A stretch of 64,000 nucleotides of DNA. Source: Spirosomataceae bacterium. Lineage in GTDB: Bacteria; Bacteroidota; Bacteroidia; Cytophagales; Spirosomataceae. A program made the position numbers and the translations under genes. Where the stretch lies: assembly GCA_041392315.1 (NCBI GenBank), contig JAWKMH010000006.1, positions 262,537 through 326,536 of the forward strand. Direction: 5' to 3'. Shown here in pieces: positions 31,012 through 42,050 of this stretch. The notes under the pieces were generated by a model that did not search any database, was not told where the DNA came from, and worked only from the letters and a program-made list of their open reading frames with translations. The first letter of the stretch is position 1, and every line of letters begins with the position of its first letter.

Positions 31012-31123
31012 TACCACTCATCACGCATTTCCAAGGCATGGACTTAAAATCATTATGGGGGTGGTATTAGGAGATTTATCTTTGCATCGTTATTTTTGAT
31101 ATAAACGATAAACCCTAAACTAC

Positions 31124-31693
31124 ATGGAATTCCTAGCAACAGCCGACCCTTTTTTGAAGGGGCTTTGGTACATTACGCTCCCCACCTCTATTATTTTTCT
31201 GCTACAAACCCTCTTAACATTTATGGGAGGCGATGCTTCCGATGGTCTTGATGCCGATTTTGACGGCGATTTGTCGCACACATCAGGGCCTTTTCAACTT
31301 TTTACTTTTCGCAACTTGGTGAATTTTCTGCTGGGCTTTGGTTGGACAGGCATAGGCTTTTACTCGGTGATCCCCAACAAAATGGTGTTGGTAGCGCTCT
31401 CGGTAGTCGTAGGCTTGGGTTTGGTAGGTTTGTTTTTTATTATCATCAAACAAATCAGCAAGTTAAGTCAGGACAATACCATGCGCATCGAAAACGCCAT
31501 CGGAAAAACAGCCCAAGTCTATTTGGTTATTCCTGCTCGCCAAGAGGGGTACGGAAAAATTCATGTCAGTATTCAGAATACCCTTCGTGAACTCAACGCC
31601 ATTACCAAAAATTCACAACCAATTCCAACGGGTGCATCTGTCAAAATCACGGAGATACTAACTGATGGTACATTGGTCGTGGAAACCCACTAA
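31124..31693 (+). CDS. NfeD-like membrane protein (short, OB-fold C-terminus)
   Basis: TM helices, FTFRNLVNFLLGFGW, IGKTAQVYLVIP...GKI; directly upstream of flotillin; TATCTTTG promoter at 31077. Confidence 0.85.
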   Translation: MEFLATADPFLKGLWYITLPTSIIFLLQTLLTFMGGDASDGLDADFDGDLSHTSGPFQLFTFRNLVNFLLGFGWTGIGFYSVIPNKMVLVALSVVVGLGLVGLFFIIIKQISKLSQDNTMRIENAIGKTAQVYLVIPARQEGYGKIHVSIQNTLRELNAITKNSQPIPTGASVKITEILTDGTLVVETH

Positions 31694-31740
31694 GTATTCT
31701 CATCATTCAATCATTTTTTTCACATAAACTTTCTACCACT

Positions 31741-33282
31741 ATGGACATGACTATGACTCCATTGATTACTATTGCCGTCATTGCGGTTGTTATTTTTGCA
31801 ACGATTGCGGCGCTGCTTGCGCGTTACAAACGCTGTCCTTCCGACAAAATACTGGTTATTTATGGTCGAACGGGCACCGAAAAAGACGGCTCTACGTCCT
31901 CCGCACGCTGTATTCATGGGGGCGGAGCTTTTGTCTGGCCTGTCATTCAGGACTTCGCTTTCTTAGATCTAAAGCCTATTTCTATCGAGGCCAACTTGAC
32001 CAATGCCCTCAGCCGCCAAAATATCCGTATTGATGTACCGTGCCGTTTTACGGTAGCTATTTCGACCGAAACCGACAGCATGAACAATGCTGCCGAACGC
32101 CTTTTGGGGCTTTCAATGCAAGAAATTCAAGAATTGGCCAAAGATATTTTGTTTGGACAGTTGCGCTTGGTTATTGCCACCATGACCATCGAAGAAATCA
32201 ATTCTGACCGCGATAAGTTTTTGACCAACATCACCCAAAATGTAGAAGCCGAACTGAAGAAAATAGGTTTAAAACTTATCAATGTAAACGTAACCGACCT
32301 CCGCGATGAGTCGGGCTATATCGAGGCATTGGGGAAAGAGGCTGCAGCTAAGGCCATCAATGAGGCCAAAATCAGCGTGGCAGAGCAAGAAAAAGTGGGA
32401 GAAGTAGGAAAAGCCTTGGCCGATCGCGACCGCGATACGCGCATGGCCGAAGCCCAGCGTGAGCGCGATATTCAGATTGCCCAAACCAAGAAAGATCGCG
32501 AAGTATATATTGCAGCCACCCTGCGCGACGAAGCCATCGGGAAAGCCGAAGCCGAAAAAGATACCCGTATCAAGACTTCTGAAGCCAACGCCTTTGCTGT
32601 ACAAGGAGAAAATGAAGCCAAAATCACGATTGCCAATTCAGAGGCTATTCGCCGTGAGCGCGAAGCCGAAGCAAACAAACGCGCCAGTGCTGCCGAAAAA
32701 GTACAACAAGCACGCGCCTTGGAAGAGTCTTATTTGGCCGAACAAAAAGCCGAAGTAGCCCGTGCCGAACGCGAGCGTTCCTCACAATTGGCTAATATCA
32801 TCGTACCTGCTGAAGTAGCCAAGCAGCGAGCCATTATCGAAGCCCAAGCCGAAGCAGAGCGTATTCGCGAAAAAGCCAAAGGAGAAGCAGATGCCATCTA
32901 TGCCAAGATGGAAGCCGAAGCAAAGGGACTTTTTGAGATTTTGACCAAGCAAGCCGAAGGTTACAAAGACGTAGTGAGTGCTGCTGGTGGCGACCCGTCA
33001 CAAGCCTTCCAACTACTGTTAATTGAAAAACTTCCCGAGTTAATCAAGATTCAGGTGGAAGCCGTCAAAAATATCAAGATTGATAAAGTAACAGTTTGGG
33101 ACAACGCTGGCAATGGTAGCTCTGATGGCTCTACCACTGCCAATTTTATCTCGGGAATGATGAAATCTGTACCTCCCCTCAACGACCTCTTCAACATGGC
33201 AGGACTCAATTTGCCCGACTACTTGAAAGGAAAAGAAACAGGCGAAACGCCCACAGTAAAACTCCCTCCAGAAAAGCCATAA
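31741..33282 (+). CDS. Flotillin / SPFH domain protein
   Basis: N-terminal TM, GGAFVWPVIQ, GQLRLVIATMTIEEINSDRDKF, EA-rich coiled coil. Confidence 0.93.
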   Translation: MDMTMTPLITIAVIAVVIFATIAALLARYKRCPSDKILVIYGRTGTEKDGSTSSARCIHGGGAFVWPVIQDFAFLDLKPISIEANLTNALSRQNIRIDVPCRFTVAISTETDSMNNAAERLLGLSMQEIQELAKDILFGQLRLVIATMTIEEINSDRDKFLTNITQNVEAELKKIGLKLINVNVTDLRDESGYIEALGKEAAAKAINEAKISVAEQEKVGEVGKALADRDRDTRMAEAQRERDIQIAQTKKDREVYIAATLRDEAIGKAEAEKDTRIKTSEANAFAVQGENEAKITIANSEAIRREREAEANKRASAAEKVQQARALEESYLAEQKAEVARAERERSSQLANIIVPAEVAKQRAIIEAQAEAERIREKAKGEADAIYAKMEAEAKGLFEILTKQAEGYKDVVSAAGGDPSQAFQLLLIEKLPELIKIQVEAVKNIKIDKVTVWDNAGNGSSDGSTTANFISGMMKSVPPLNDLFNMAGLNLPDYLKGKETGETPTVKLPPEKP

Positions 33283-33290
33283 AACCATCC

Positions 33291-33320
33291 AGTGAACCCC
33301 CAAAGATTGAGGGGTTCACT
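33291..33320. terminator. Hairpin between convergent genes
   Basis: agtgaacccc / ggggttcact stem. Confidence 0.65.
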
Positions 33321-34146
33321 TACGCTTTATAGACCACAACTCGCCCTTTTGCTCGTTTGTAACCACAAAATCAGTATCATTGACAAACACAATGGCCTCG
33401 CTTTGGCCTAAGTTGGCTTTGATACAATAGGTTGGTTTTTTGAAATTGATGCCTTCGCTTACATCAAACAGCAAGATTTTGCCATAAGTAAGAAGTGCTA
33501 AAGTTTTTCCATTGGGGCTAATATCTGCCCCTGTTACCATTGCTTTGCTATATACACTATCTTGGGGAGTAGCCACATAGCTACCTGCTACATCTGGAAT
33601 GGTATATAATTTGACGAAACGGTTGGTTTTACTTCGGTTTTTGGAAAACAAATAGAGTTTTTCTTTGTGCCAAACGATGGCCTCGCAGTCAAAATTTTGT
33701 TCATTAGGTGGTGGTGGAAATGCAGTTTGGTCGGCATAATGAAAGTGTATTGTTTCCTTGTCCGTAGCTTGATTGGGATGGATTTTATAAACCACTAAAT
33801 CCTTTCTTTGATTGGCATTGTTGCCAACATCAGCAATGTACAAGTTTCCTTTTATATCTTGACCCAAATCTTCCCAATCGGTATTTGTGAGTTGAGGCAG
33901 GTTTAATTGCCGAATAATTTTGCCTGATTGGGCTATTTCGTACAAATGGGCTGGATTTCCGCTGTCGTTGTGTGTCCAAAAGGTGCCTTCTTTGGTAGCC
34001 AGGGCCAAGCCAGATGTTTCCTGAATTTTTTCAGGGAGTTTTCCTAATTTCTTGATTTTATAAAGATTTTTTCCTTCATGAAAGCCCTCATTCTTTTTCT
34101 CTTGGTGGCAGCTACAAGTCGCAATTTGCATCATGAAGCTCACCAC
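33316..34146 (-). CDS. Exported hypothetical protein, probable beta-propeller (SdiA-regulated/esterase-like repeats), possibly a lipoprotein
   Basis: ETSGL, WTHNDSG, DWED, LYIADVGNN, FDCEA, TGADISP, QSEAI motifs; true start may be slightly upstream. Confidence 0.7.
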   Translation of the reverse strand: MVSFMMQIATCSCHQEKKNEGFHEGKNLYKIKKLGKLPEKIQETSGLALATKEGTFWTHNDSGNPAHLYEIAQSGKIIRQLNLPQLTNTDWEDLGQDIKGNLYIADVGNNANQRKDLVVYKIHPNQATDKETIHFHYADQTAFPPPPNEQNFDCEAIVWHKEKLYLFSKNRSKTNRFVKLYTIPDVAGSYVATPQDSVYSKAMVTGADISPNGKTLALLTYGKILLFDVSEGINFKKPTYCIKANLGQSEAIVFVNDTDFVVTNEQKGELWSIKRK

Positions 34147-34217
34147 ATCAATTTTTGTAACATGGATTTCTATGTTTTTAAGTAAATTTGGTTGATTTTA
34201 TCCCTTTTTTTACGCTC

Positions 34218-35287
34218 ATGCAAAAATCTTTTCCTTTTTCGTTACGTCTGGCGGGTTGGTTGTTATCGGCAGTCATTATTGTTTATATATTATATGTCTT
34301 GCGCGAAACGCTCATCCCCTTACTTTTTCGGTACTCTTTGCTGTTTTATTGTATCCTATTTGCGCTTTTTTTGGAACGTTGGCGTGTACCAAGAATTTGG
34401 GCGATTACGTTGGCACAAATTCTGTTTTTTGCCGTTTTGGTAGGGGCTCATACTATCTTGCCTCTAAGCAAATTGTTAGTTTTGGCGAAGAGCTTCCTCG
34501 TTTAGCAAAAGCTAATTTTTGGATTGATCAAGGTCAAGATTTCTTATCAGACCAATTTGGGCTTAGTCACTGTAACCAGGTATCAGAAGGCCGTGAATAC
34601 CTCACCGAAGCCCCTCAAAGATAGTGCCTCTATGCTGACAGGTGCAGTAGCTACCACTACTGGGACGCTGGCTTCGGCTGCCCTTGTGCCTTTATTTGTG
34701 TTTTTCTTCTTGCTTTATCGTGATTTTTTCGACGTTTCTTCTATCGTGTTTTTGATAAACGGCACAAACGCCGTGTAGATTATGCACTCAATCGCATTTA
34801 TGAAGTAGTTCAAGGATATTTGGTAGGACTGGTTTCTGTTATATTAATTGTAGGTATTTTAAATTCGGCTGGCTTGCTGGTTTTGGGCGTTCCTCATGCT
34901 ATCTTTTTCGGTTTCTTTGCTGCTTGCCTGCTTTTGATACCTTATATTGGATTGCTTATTGGCTCCCTCCTACCTGCTTTGATGGCCTTAGTAGCCTTAG
35001 ATTCTCCCATGTATGCAGTAGGGGTGTTGGCTGTTTTTGGAGTTATTCAGGTGCTGGAAGGGAATTTCATTACGCCTTATATTGTAGGTTCTAAGGTGAG
35101 TGTCAACCCCTTAGCTGCTACTGTAGTATTGATTTTGGGAGGCCAATTGTGGGGTGTTTCAGGTTTGATCTTGGCATTGCCCATTACGGCCATTATCAAA
35201 GTAGTTTTTGATTCGATAGATGCACTCAAACCATTTGGCTATTTATTAGGAGATGCTGAAGAGGTTACCTCTCCGACAAAAAAATAG
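34218..35287 (+). CDS. AI-2E family transporter (frameshifted)
   Basis: Hydrophobic fragments with FFFLLYRD, LIPYIG, QVLEGNFITPYIVG...VNPL, GGQLWGVSGLILALP. Confidence 0.85.
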
Positions 35288-35495
35288 TTGAATACTACCA
35301 TAAAGTCTTTGGTTAAGATAGGAATTTTGCTGTTTTGGATAGCGTCCGCCAAATGGTAATTGCACATTCACCTTGCATCTGTAAATCGCTTTATTTTAAA
35401 TCCAAGAAATTAATGCTTAACCAATATTTATTTTAAATTGCGCCTTTAAGTCTATTATTTACAGAAATAATACCAAATTACCTCAACACTTCTCA

Positions 35496-37943
35496 ATGAA
35501 ATATTTACGCGCACTTTTAAGTCTTTGCGTAGCGGCAGGATTAACTTATTTTTTAAACCGCCCTATTGCTGTGCTGCCTGCCTTAGGGCCTTTTTTTAGC
35601 CCTTTTAGTGGTTTTTGGCAAAATGCCGATGCTCCTCTCAAACTCCCACCCGCCGATATGCAACTACAAGGCTTGAAGGGTGAAGTCACAGTCAAATACG
35701 ATGATAATGGCGTACCGCATATTTTTGCCGATAACGACGAAGATTTGTATATTGCCCAAGGCTATGTCATTGCCCGTGACCGTCTGTGGCAAATGGATTT
35801 TTATAGCCGCGTAGCCGCAGGCCGATTGAGTGAGGTGATGGGGCCACTCGCACTCGATTTCGACCGCTACAACCGCCGCCTCCAACTGCCCGAGGGTGCG
35901 GAAAAATTAGTGGAAGCATTTATGAAGGATACTACTTCAAAAATGATAGCTACTTCTTATGCTGCAGGTATAAATGCTTATATACAGCAAGTTACCTATA
36001 AGGATTTAGCCATTGAATATAAAATTTTGGGCTATCAGCCCGAAGCTTGGTCGCCACTCAAAACGGCCTTGGTAGAAATGGTGATGCGGAAAGATATGAA
36101 CGCTCGCTCAGACGACTACCGTATGACCAACGTTTTGAATAAATATGGCAAAGACATTGTCAACGACCTTTTTCCCGACTATCCTGTGGAAGAGTCACCC
36201 ATTGTTCCATCGGGTACAAAATGGGATTTTACGCCCATTGCTGTACCCAAAGTACCCGAAATGATGCAGGCCAATATCGCCAGCCTTGACATAGAGGCCG
36301 AAAACCCCGGCATTGGCTCCAACAATTGGGCTGTACATGGCTCGCGCACTGCTACTGGCTTACCACTCCTTGCCAACGACCCTCATTTGGGACTTTCGCT
36401 GCCTTCTATCTGGTACCAAATGCAATTAGTCTCTCCTACGGTCAATGTCTATGGTGTTTGTGTGCCTGGCTGGCCAGGTATAGGCATTGGTTTTAATAAG
36501 GATGTGGCTTGGGGAATGACCAATGTGGGTTCGGATGTTTTTGATTTATACCAAATTCAGTTCAAAGATTCGACTTTGAAAGAATACAAGCACGATGGCA
36601 AGTGGAAGACCATTACGTCCAAGGTCAATGAATTTAAAGTAAAGGGCTTACCTGCCATTGCCACAGACACCGTACTTTACACGCATCATGGGCCAATACT
36701 ATATAACAAAGGCCAAAAACCATTTTTAGGGGACTTGCCCGTAGGCCATGCGCTTACTTGGGTGGGACCTGTGGCACAGGGTAATTCATTACTGGCACTC
36801 TATATCACTAATCGAGGCAAAAACTACGATGACTACCGCAAAATACTCCCTCACTTAGCAGCGCCTGGCTTCAATGTAGTCTTTGCCAGTAATCAAAATG
36901 ATATTGCCATCACTTCGACGGGTTTTTTCCCCTTGAAGTGGAAAGAGCAAGGTAAGTTTATTGGTGATGGTAGCAACCCTGGCCATGATTGGAAGGATTG
37001 GATTCCTGTAGAGCATAACCCTTACACCAAAAATCCTACTCGTGGTTTTGTGAGTTCAGCCAACCAATTTCCTGCCGACCCCACCTATCCTTATTATTTG
37101 GGTTGGAAGTTTGCCCCTGGAGAGCGGGGTATACGCATTAACGAACGGCTGTCGAAAATGGAAAAAGCTACCTTGGACAGCCTCCGTTTGATGCAAAATG
37201 ATAATTTCAATGTGGAAGCAAGACGTATTTTGCCAGATTTACTTAAAATATTGGAAAAGGATGCCAGTGCAAAAACCAATCCTGCCTTTTCGATTTTAGA
37301 GAAATGGAACCTCAAGAACGACCCCGACCAAATGGCTGCCACTATCTTTGAGCGTTGGGTCAAAGAGCTTCGCTTGGCTATATGGGAAGATGAATTTCCA
37401 AGCAAAGATGAAACAATGCCCATGTCGCAGCCCACCCGCGACCGCACTTGGGCAATGCTCCAAAAGCAACCTACCGCCAAGTGGTTTGACGACACACGCA
37501 CTACTAATAAAATTGAAACAGCTGAAGATATAGTACGCGCTTCATTCAAAGCTACTATTGACTCACTTACAGTCAAACATGGCCCTATTAATCCCGAAAC
37601 ATGGGGTTGGGGAGTTGCCAAAAGTACCGACATAAAGCATTTAGTACCACTGTTTAAGTCATTCTCGCGCATGGATGTAGTCAATGGCGGTGGAGCCAAT
37701 ATCGTAAATGCTACTACCGAGGCCGGCCATGGCCCCTCATGGAGAATGGTAGTGCAATTGGATAAAACTTGGCCCAAAGCGTACGGTCTATATCCTGGAG
37801 GCCAATCGGGCAACCCAGGCAGCCCACTCTATGACAACATGATCGACCCATGGGCAAAGGGTGAACTCAATGAATTGGTTTTTCTAAAATCTAAAGATGA
37901 AAAGCATCCTAAGATTGTATCTGAAATGAAATTAAAACACTAA
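35496..37943 (+). CDS. Penicillin acylase family Ntn-hydrolase (peptidase S45)
   Basis: GVPHIFA, AQGYVIARDRLWQMD, nucleophile GSNNW, LANDPHL, YPGGQSGNP. Confidence 0.93.
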   Translation: MKYLRALLSLCVAAGLTYFLNRPIAVLPALGPFFSPFSGFWQNADAPLKLPPADMQLQGLKGEVTVKYDDNGVPHIFADNDEDLYIAQGYVIARDRLWQMDFYSRVAAGRLSEVMGPLALDFDRYNRRLQLPEGAEKLVEAFMKDTTSKMIATSYAAGINAYIQQVTYKDLAIEYKILGYQPEAWSPLKTALVEMVMRKDMNARSDDYRMTNVLNKYGKDIVNDLFPDYPVEESPIVPSGTKWDFTPIAVPKVPEMMQANIASLDIEAENPGIGSNNWAVHGSRTATGLPLLANDPHLGLSLPSIWYQMQLVSPTVNVYGVCVPGWPGIGIGFNKDVAWGMTNVGSDVFDLYQIQFKDSTLKEYKHDGKWKTITSKVNEFKVKGLPAIATDTVLYTHHGPILYNKGQKPFLGDLPVGHALTWVGPVAQGNSLLALYITNRGKNYDDYRKILPHLAAPGFNVVFASNQNDIAITSTGFFPLKWKEQGKFIGDGSNPGHDWKDWIPVEHNPYTKNPTRGFVSSANQFPADPTYPYYLGWKFAPGERGIRINERLSKMEKATLDSLRLMQNDNFNVEARRILPDLLKILEKDASAKTNPAFSILEKWNLKNDPDQMAATIFERWVKELRLAIWEDEFPSKDETMPMSQPTRDRTWAMLQKQPTAKWFDDTRTTNKIETAEDIVRASFKATIDSLTVKHGPINPETWGWGVAKSTDIKHLVPLFKSFSRMDVVNGGGANIVNATTEAGHGPSWRMVVQLDKTWPKAYGLYPGGQSGNPGSPLYDNMIDPWAKGELNELVFLKSKDEKHPKIVSEMKLKH

Positions 37944-37956
37944 AAATAAAATAGTC

Positions 37957-38301
37957 ATGCTTTATACACTCATTATCATTCTTAGTGCTATTGCACAATT
38001 TTTTGGGCCGTGGTGGCTAATGCCTATCGTTTGTTTCGCGCTTTGTTTTTGGAAATCTGAAACAGCATTAAGTGCTTACGGTGTTGCGTTTGCGGCTATT
38101 TCTACCTTATGGCTTGGCTATGCTACGTATCAAAATTTTGTGACTCAGGGCGTTATTACCAATAAAATAGCCGAGTTGTTTCGTATTCCTAATGCAGCTT
38201 TACTATTTACAGCAGTTACTTTTGTAGGAGGTACAGTAGCGGGTTTTGCAGGCATGGCTGGTTTTTATTGCCGCAAAGCCTTTTCATTTGCTAATACTTA
38301 G
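37957..38301 (+). CDS. Small hypothetical membrane protein
   Basis: 114 aa, hydrophobic, PWW motif, 13 bp after the acylase stop. Confidence 0.75.
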   Translation: MLYTLIIILSAIAQFFGPWWLMPIVCFALCFWKSETALSAYGVAFAAISTLWLGYATYQNFVTQGVITNKIAELFRIPNAALLFTAVTFVGGTVAGFAGMAGFYCRKAFSFANT

Positions 38302-38321
38302 CATTTATGCTTTCCAAATAG

Positions 38322-38360
38322 CAAAAAGGCCGACTCAAACGAATTGAGTCGGCCTTTTTG
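38322..38360. terminator. Bidirectional rho-independent terminator
   Basis: caaaaaggccgactcaa / ttgagtcggcctttttg. Confidence 0.85.
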
Positions 38361-38376
38361 TAAGAAAGCGTTACGA

Positions 38377-38687
38377 TTAAAGAACAACCACCGAGTTTTC
38401 TTCGTAAGATACGCCCGTTGGGATGTACTTATCAGCGGCTTCGTCGTTGGCCCAAGTGGTACCATCGAGCAAATAACGGAAAGCATATTCTTTTCCAGTT
38501 TCTAACTCAACAGTAGCTTTGTATGAACCATCTTTTTGTTTCTTCAATTTAGTAGCAGCCTCTGCTGCCAGCCGTTAAATTCTCCGAGAAGTGCCACCTC
38601 TTTTGCATCGGCTACCACATCCGATGAAAGTAAAAATGTTACTTTACAAACGGGTTTGCTTTTTAATACTTGTTTTGCAATTGCCAT
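38377..38687 (-). CDS. Isoamylase early-set (CBM48-like) domain protein (frameshifted; not recovered as a single ORF in the track)
   Basis: Manual translation MAIAKQVLKSKPVCKVTF...EVALLGEFNGW...LELETGKEYAFRYLLDGTTWANDEAADKY...EENSVVVL*. Confidence 0.8.
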
Positions 38688-38852
38688 AATAGTTGTTGGT
38701 TTTGATTTGCGCTACAAAAGATATAAAATAAATACAATACAAATCAATGATTACCAATGGCTTATATGTTAATATTCTTTTAATAGTACAATTTAAAGTT
38801 TTACAATTACAAAAAATATTTAAAATAGTAGGTTATTATAAACACTTCAAAA

Positions 38853-39251
38853 TCACTTTTCAACCTTTATTTGTTCATTAATTTGTTGTACACGAGCGTT
38901 CATAATGGTGGCAATACTGTAAGCTCGGTATTTTACGTCTTCTGCTTTTTCTCCCTCAAAAAATGTATCGACATTCTCAAAAAATAAAGCCAACCAACGG
39001 TCAAAGTGCTGTGGCGTTAAGGTATATTGTGTTGTTAGCCGAAAATGCGGTGGCATAGGCTGGCCATTATAATTGAGTGTGCCAAACAAAATTCCTTCCC
39101 AAAAATCAACCATTTTAGGTAAATGAACTTCCCAGTTTATTTGTGCTATATCTTCAAATATAAGTCCTAATTCAGGATCTTGACGGATTTTTTCATAAAA
39201 TTGATTGACCAATAATTCTACATCCGAACGACTTTCAAGCTGTTTTTTCAT
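38853..39251 (-). CDS. Group III truncated hemoglobin
   Basis: LVNQFYEKIRQDPELGLIF, WEVHLPKMVDFW, PMPPH, HFDRWLALF. Confidence 0.9.
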   Translation of the reverse strand: MKKQLESRSDVELLVNQFYEKIRQDPELGLIFEDIAQINWEVHLPKMVDFWEGILFGTLNYNGQPMPPHFRLTTQYTLTPQHFDRWLALFFENVDTFFEGEKAEDVKYRAYSIATIMNARVQQINEQIKVEK

Positions 39252-39537
39252 TGAAGAACTTGATTTGAGAAAATTAATCTTGATAATATGATTGGGTTAC
39301 AAAGTTGGTCATCTTTGCTGAAAGCAACAATGATGAAAATCAGAGCCATATTATTATTTGAGAAATAACTTTCTGACTTTCAGCTTATTTTATCCTACTT
39401 TTGTTTGGCTTGAAAATAACTTTTCGTCGCATTTATTTGGTAACAAATCAATATGGGCGTATTTTTCAACCCTATTTTAAATAAAAACCATAATTCTCTA
39501 TCAATATAACTTCTAACCTTTATAACCATCAAAACGA

Positions 39538-41179
39538 ATGGCAAATCAACTTTGGATCAGAAAACCCTTAGACAAACTGTTAAATGAATCTTCGGGTGAG
39601 GGAAATCAACTAAAACGAACACTAGGTCCTTGGAGCTTGGTGGCATTGGGCATTGGAGCCATTATTGGCGCAGGTTTGTTTTCTATCACAGGCGGTGCAG
39701 CAGCCAATCAAGCAGGCCCTGCCATTACTATTTCATTTATAGTAGCGGCATTGGGCTGTGCGTTTGCAGGTTTATGCTATGCCGAATTTGCTTCTATGAT
39801 CCCTGTGGCAGGAAGCGCCTATACTTATTCCTACGCTACTATGGGCGAGTTTGTTGCCTGGATTATTGGTTGGGATTTAGTGTTAGAGTATGCCGTAGGA
39901 GCTGCCACGGTCAGCATCAGTTGGAGTCGGTATTTAGTCAAGTTTCTGGAAGGGTTTGAGGTACACTTGCCCGCCGCGCTTACGGCGGGCCCTTGGGACG
40001 GTGGCATGATTAACCTACCGGCGGTCTTTATCGTAGTACTGATGAGCCTATTGTTGATGAAAGGTACTCAAGAAAGTGCCACGGTGAATGCCCTCATCGT
40101 AGCCCTGAAAGTAGCCGTTGTAGTCATTTTTATTGTATTGGGTTGGCAGTATATCAACAACGACAACTATACGCCCTATATTCCTGAAAATACAGGTACA
40201 TTTGGGGAGTTTGGTTTTAGTGGTATTATACGCGCTGCGGCTATTGTTTTCTTTGCTTATATTGGTTTTGATGCGGTGAGTACGGCGGCTCAAGAAGCCA
40301 AACCCAGGCAAAGACATGCCTATCGGTATCTTAGTATCGCTGGCTATCTGTACAGTTCTCTATATTTTGTTTGCGCATGTAATGACGGGCGTAACGAGCT
40401 ATACTTCATTTAAAGGGCAAGACGGTATCGCACCTGTGGCGGTGGCTATTGAGCATATGGGTACGGCCAATGCCGCTGGCGTGCTTGTCCCTGATTACCC
40501 TTGGCTCAACCGCGCCATCATTGTGGCTATTTTGGCGGGTTATTCATCCGTAATCTTGGTAATGCTCATGGGACAAACACGTGTTTTCTTTAGCATGAGC
40601 AAAGATGGACTACTGCCCAAAGTGTTTTCAGAGGTGCACCCTAAATTTCAAACACCTGTCAAAAGCAATTTCTTGTTTTTGGTATTTGTAAGCTTGTTTG
40701 CGGCCATTATTCCTGCGCGGGTGGTAGGCGAAATGACCAGTATCGGTACTCTTTTTGCTTTTATCTTGGTGTGTATCGGGATTATGGTCATGCGTAAGCA
40801 ACTGCCCAATGCACCACGCGCCTTCAAAACGCCCCTTGTGCCTTTAGTGCCTATTTTAGGGGTGGTTACTTGCTTCTTTATGATGGCCTTCTTGCCATTA
40901 GATACTTGGATTCGGCTTATTGTCTGGATGATTGCAGGCTTTGATATTTACCTGTGGTATGGTATTAAAAATAGTAGCCTATCTTCAGGTAAAGCCTCCC
41001 TGACAGACGATTTAAAAATCATTGGAATGGTTGGCTTGACTTTGGCTATTGCACTTGGCGTGATTGCTTTTGTGCATCATGCCCAAACCGATGGTACAGA
41101 TGCTGGTCTATTTTACTTCTCACTTGTGTTTGCTGCTGTTCATGCAGTGGTATATATCGCCACTTGGTTGAAAAAGTAG
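39538..41179 (+). CDS. APC family amino acid permease (one frameshift near 40310)
   Basis: GAIIGAG, YAEFAS..PVAGSAY, FAYIGFDAVSTAAQE, MSKDGLLP, RAFKTP. Confidence 0.92.
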
Positions 41180-41194
41180 ATTGACACCTCACGT

Positions 41195-41230
41195 AAACAG
41201 CCCCTTGAACATCAATTCAAGGGGCTGTTT
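41195..41230. terminator. Bidirectional terminator
   Basis: aaacagccccttgaa / ttcaaggggctgttt. Confidence 0.8.
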
Positions 41231-41257
41231 GGTTTGGGGAGATTAGCTGCCGCTATC

Positions 41258-41953
41258 TTATCTCAAAGGAATAGCCAAACCCACCAAAGCACTAAAACTT
41301 TGATTATGCACAGGCACACTCACTACTGGGGTGTCATATACCCGCGTAAAGCCACGCTCATACCGCCCTTCCACAAATACCTTGGCTTGCCCTACGGCAA
41401 AGCTCAACCCAGCCCCTCCCACGCCGCCTACTTCAAAGCGACTGAATGCCCCGAGGCCAATATCGGTACGCATAGGTTGTGAGCGAAATAAAATCAAATC
41501 GGCACGGCTTACTATTTTACCATCGGCCAAATAATTAAAACTGGGACCAACGACTATATATGGTTTTACTATACTACCATTATCCCCAAAGTCGTATTGG
41601 AGCAGCAAAGGAGCTTGGACATAAGTTAAACGCTGGCGAATTGTTCCTCCTAAGGGAATGTTAACACCCGCTAAGTCTAACAAATTATTGGAAGATAGAC
41701 CCGCACCGCTTTGCTTGTAGGCCAATTCAGGGCGAAAAGAAAGCCCCCCTGTTATCGGGATTTGTAGAAAAATACCGCCATTCCCACTCACAATATAGTC
41801 CATATTACCCGTAAAATTTTCGATAAAGTTACCGTGACCCGTGGTTTTAGACAGCGAAGCTCCACCACGAACACCCATAGATACTTGTGCGTTTGTGGAG
41901 AAACTGACGGCTATTAATAAGAAGACTACTAAGCTATTGCATATTGTTTTCAT
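41258..41953 (-). CDS. Outer membrane beta-barrel (porin family) protein
   Basis: Signal peptide, GVRGGASLS, FRPELAY, YVQAPLL, GPSFNYL, EGRYERG. Confidence 0.82.
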   Translation of the reverse strand: MKTICNSLVVFLLIAVSFSTNAQVSMGVRGGASLSKTTGHGNFIENFTGNMDYIVSGNGGIFLQIPITGGLSFRPELAYKQSGAGLSSNNLLDLAGVNIPLGGTIRQRLTYVQAPLLLQYDFGDNGSIVKPYIVVGPSFNYLADGKIVSRADLILFRSQPMRTDIGLGAFSRFEVGGVGGAGLSFAVGQAKVFVEGRYERGFTRVYDTPVVSVPVHNQSFSALVGLAIPLR

Positions 41954-42050
41954 TGCCTTGAGAGGATTAAATTTGTAAAACATTTACTTCACTAACGGCA
42001 ATAAGACGTAGGTATTTCTTTAGAGTAACCCAACGCCCCGTTAATGATTG

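Noticed and set aside
31124-33282. NfeD-flotillin pair as a novel system
   Set aside because: Well-known conserved operon
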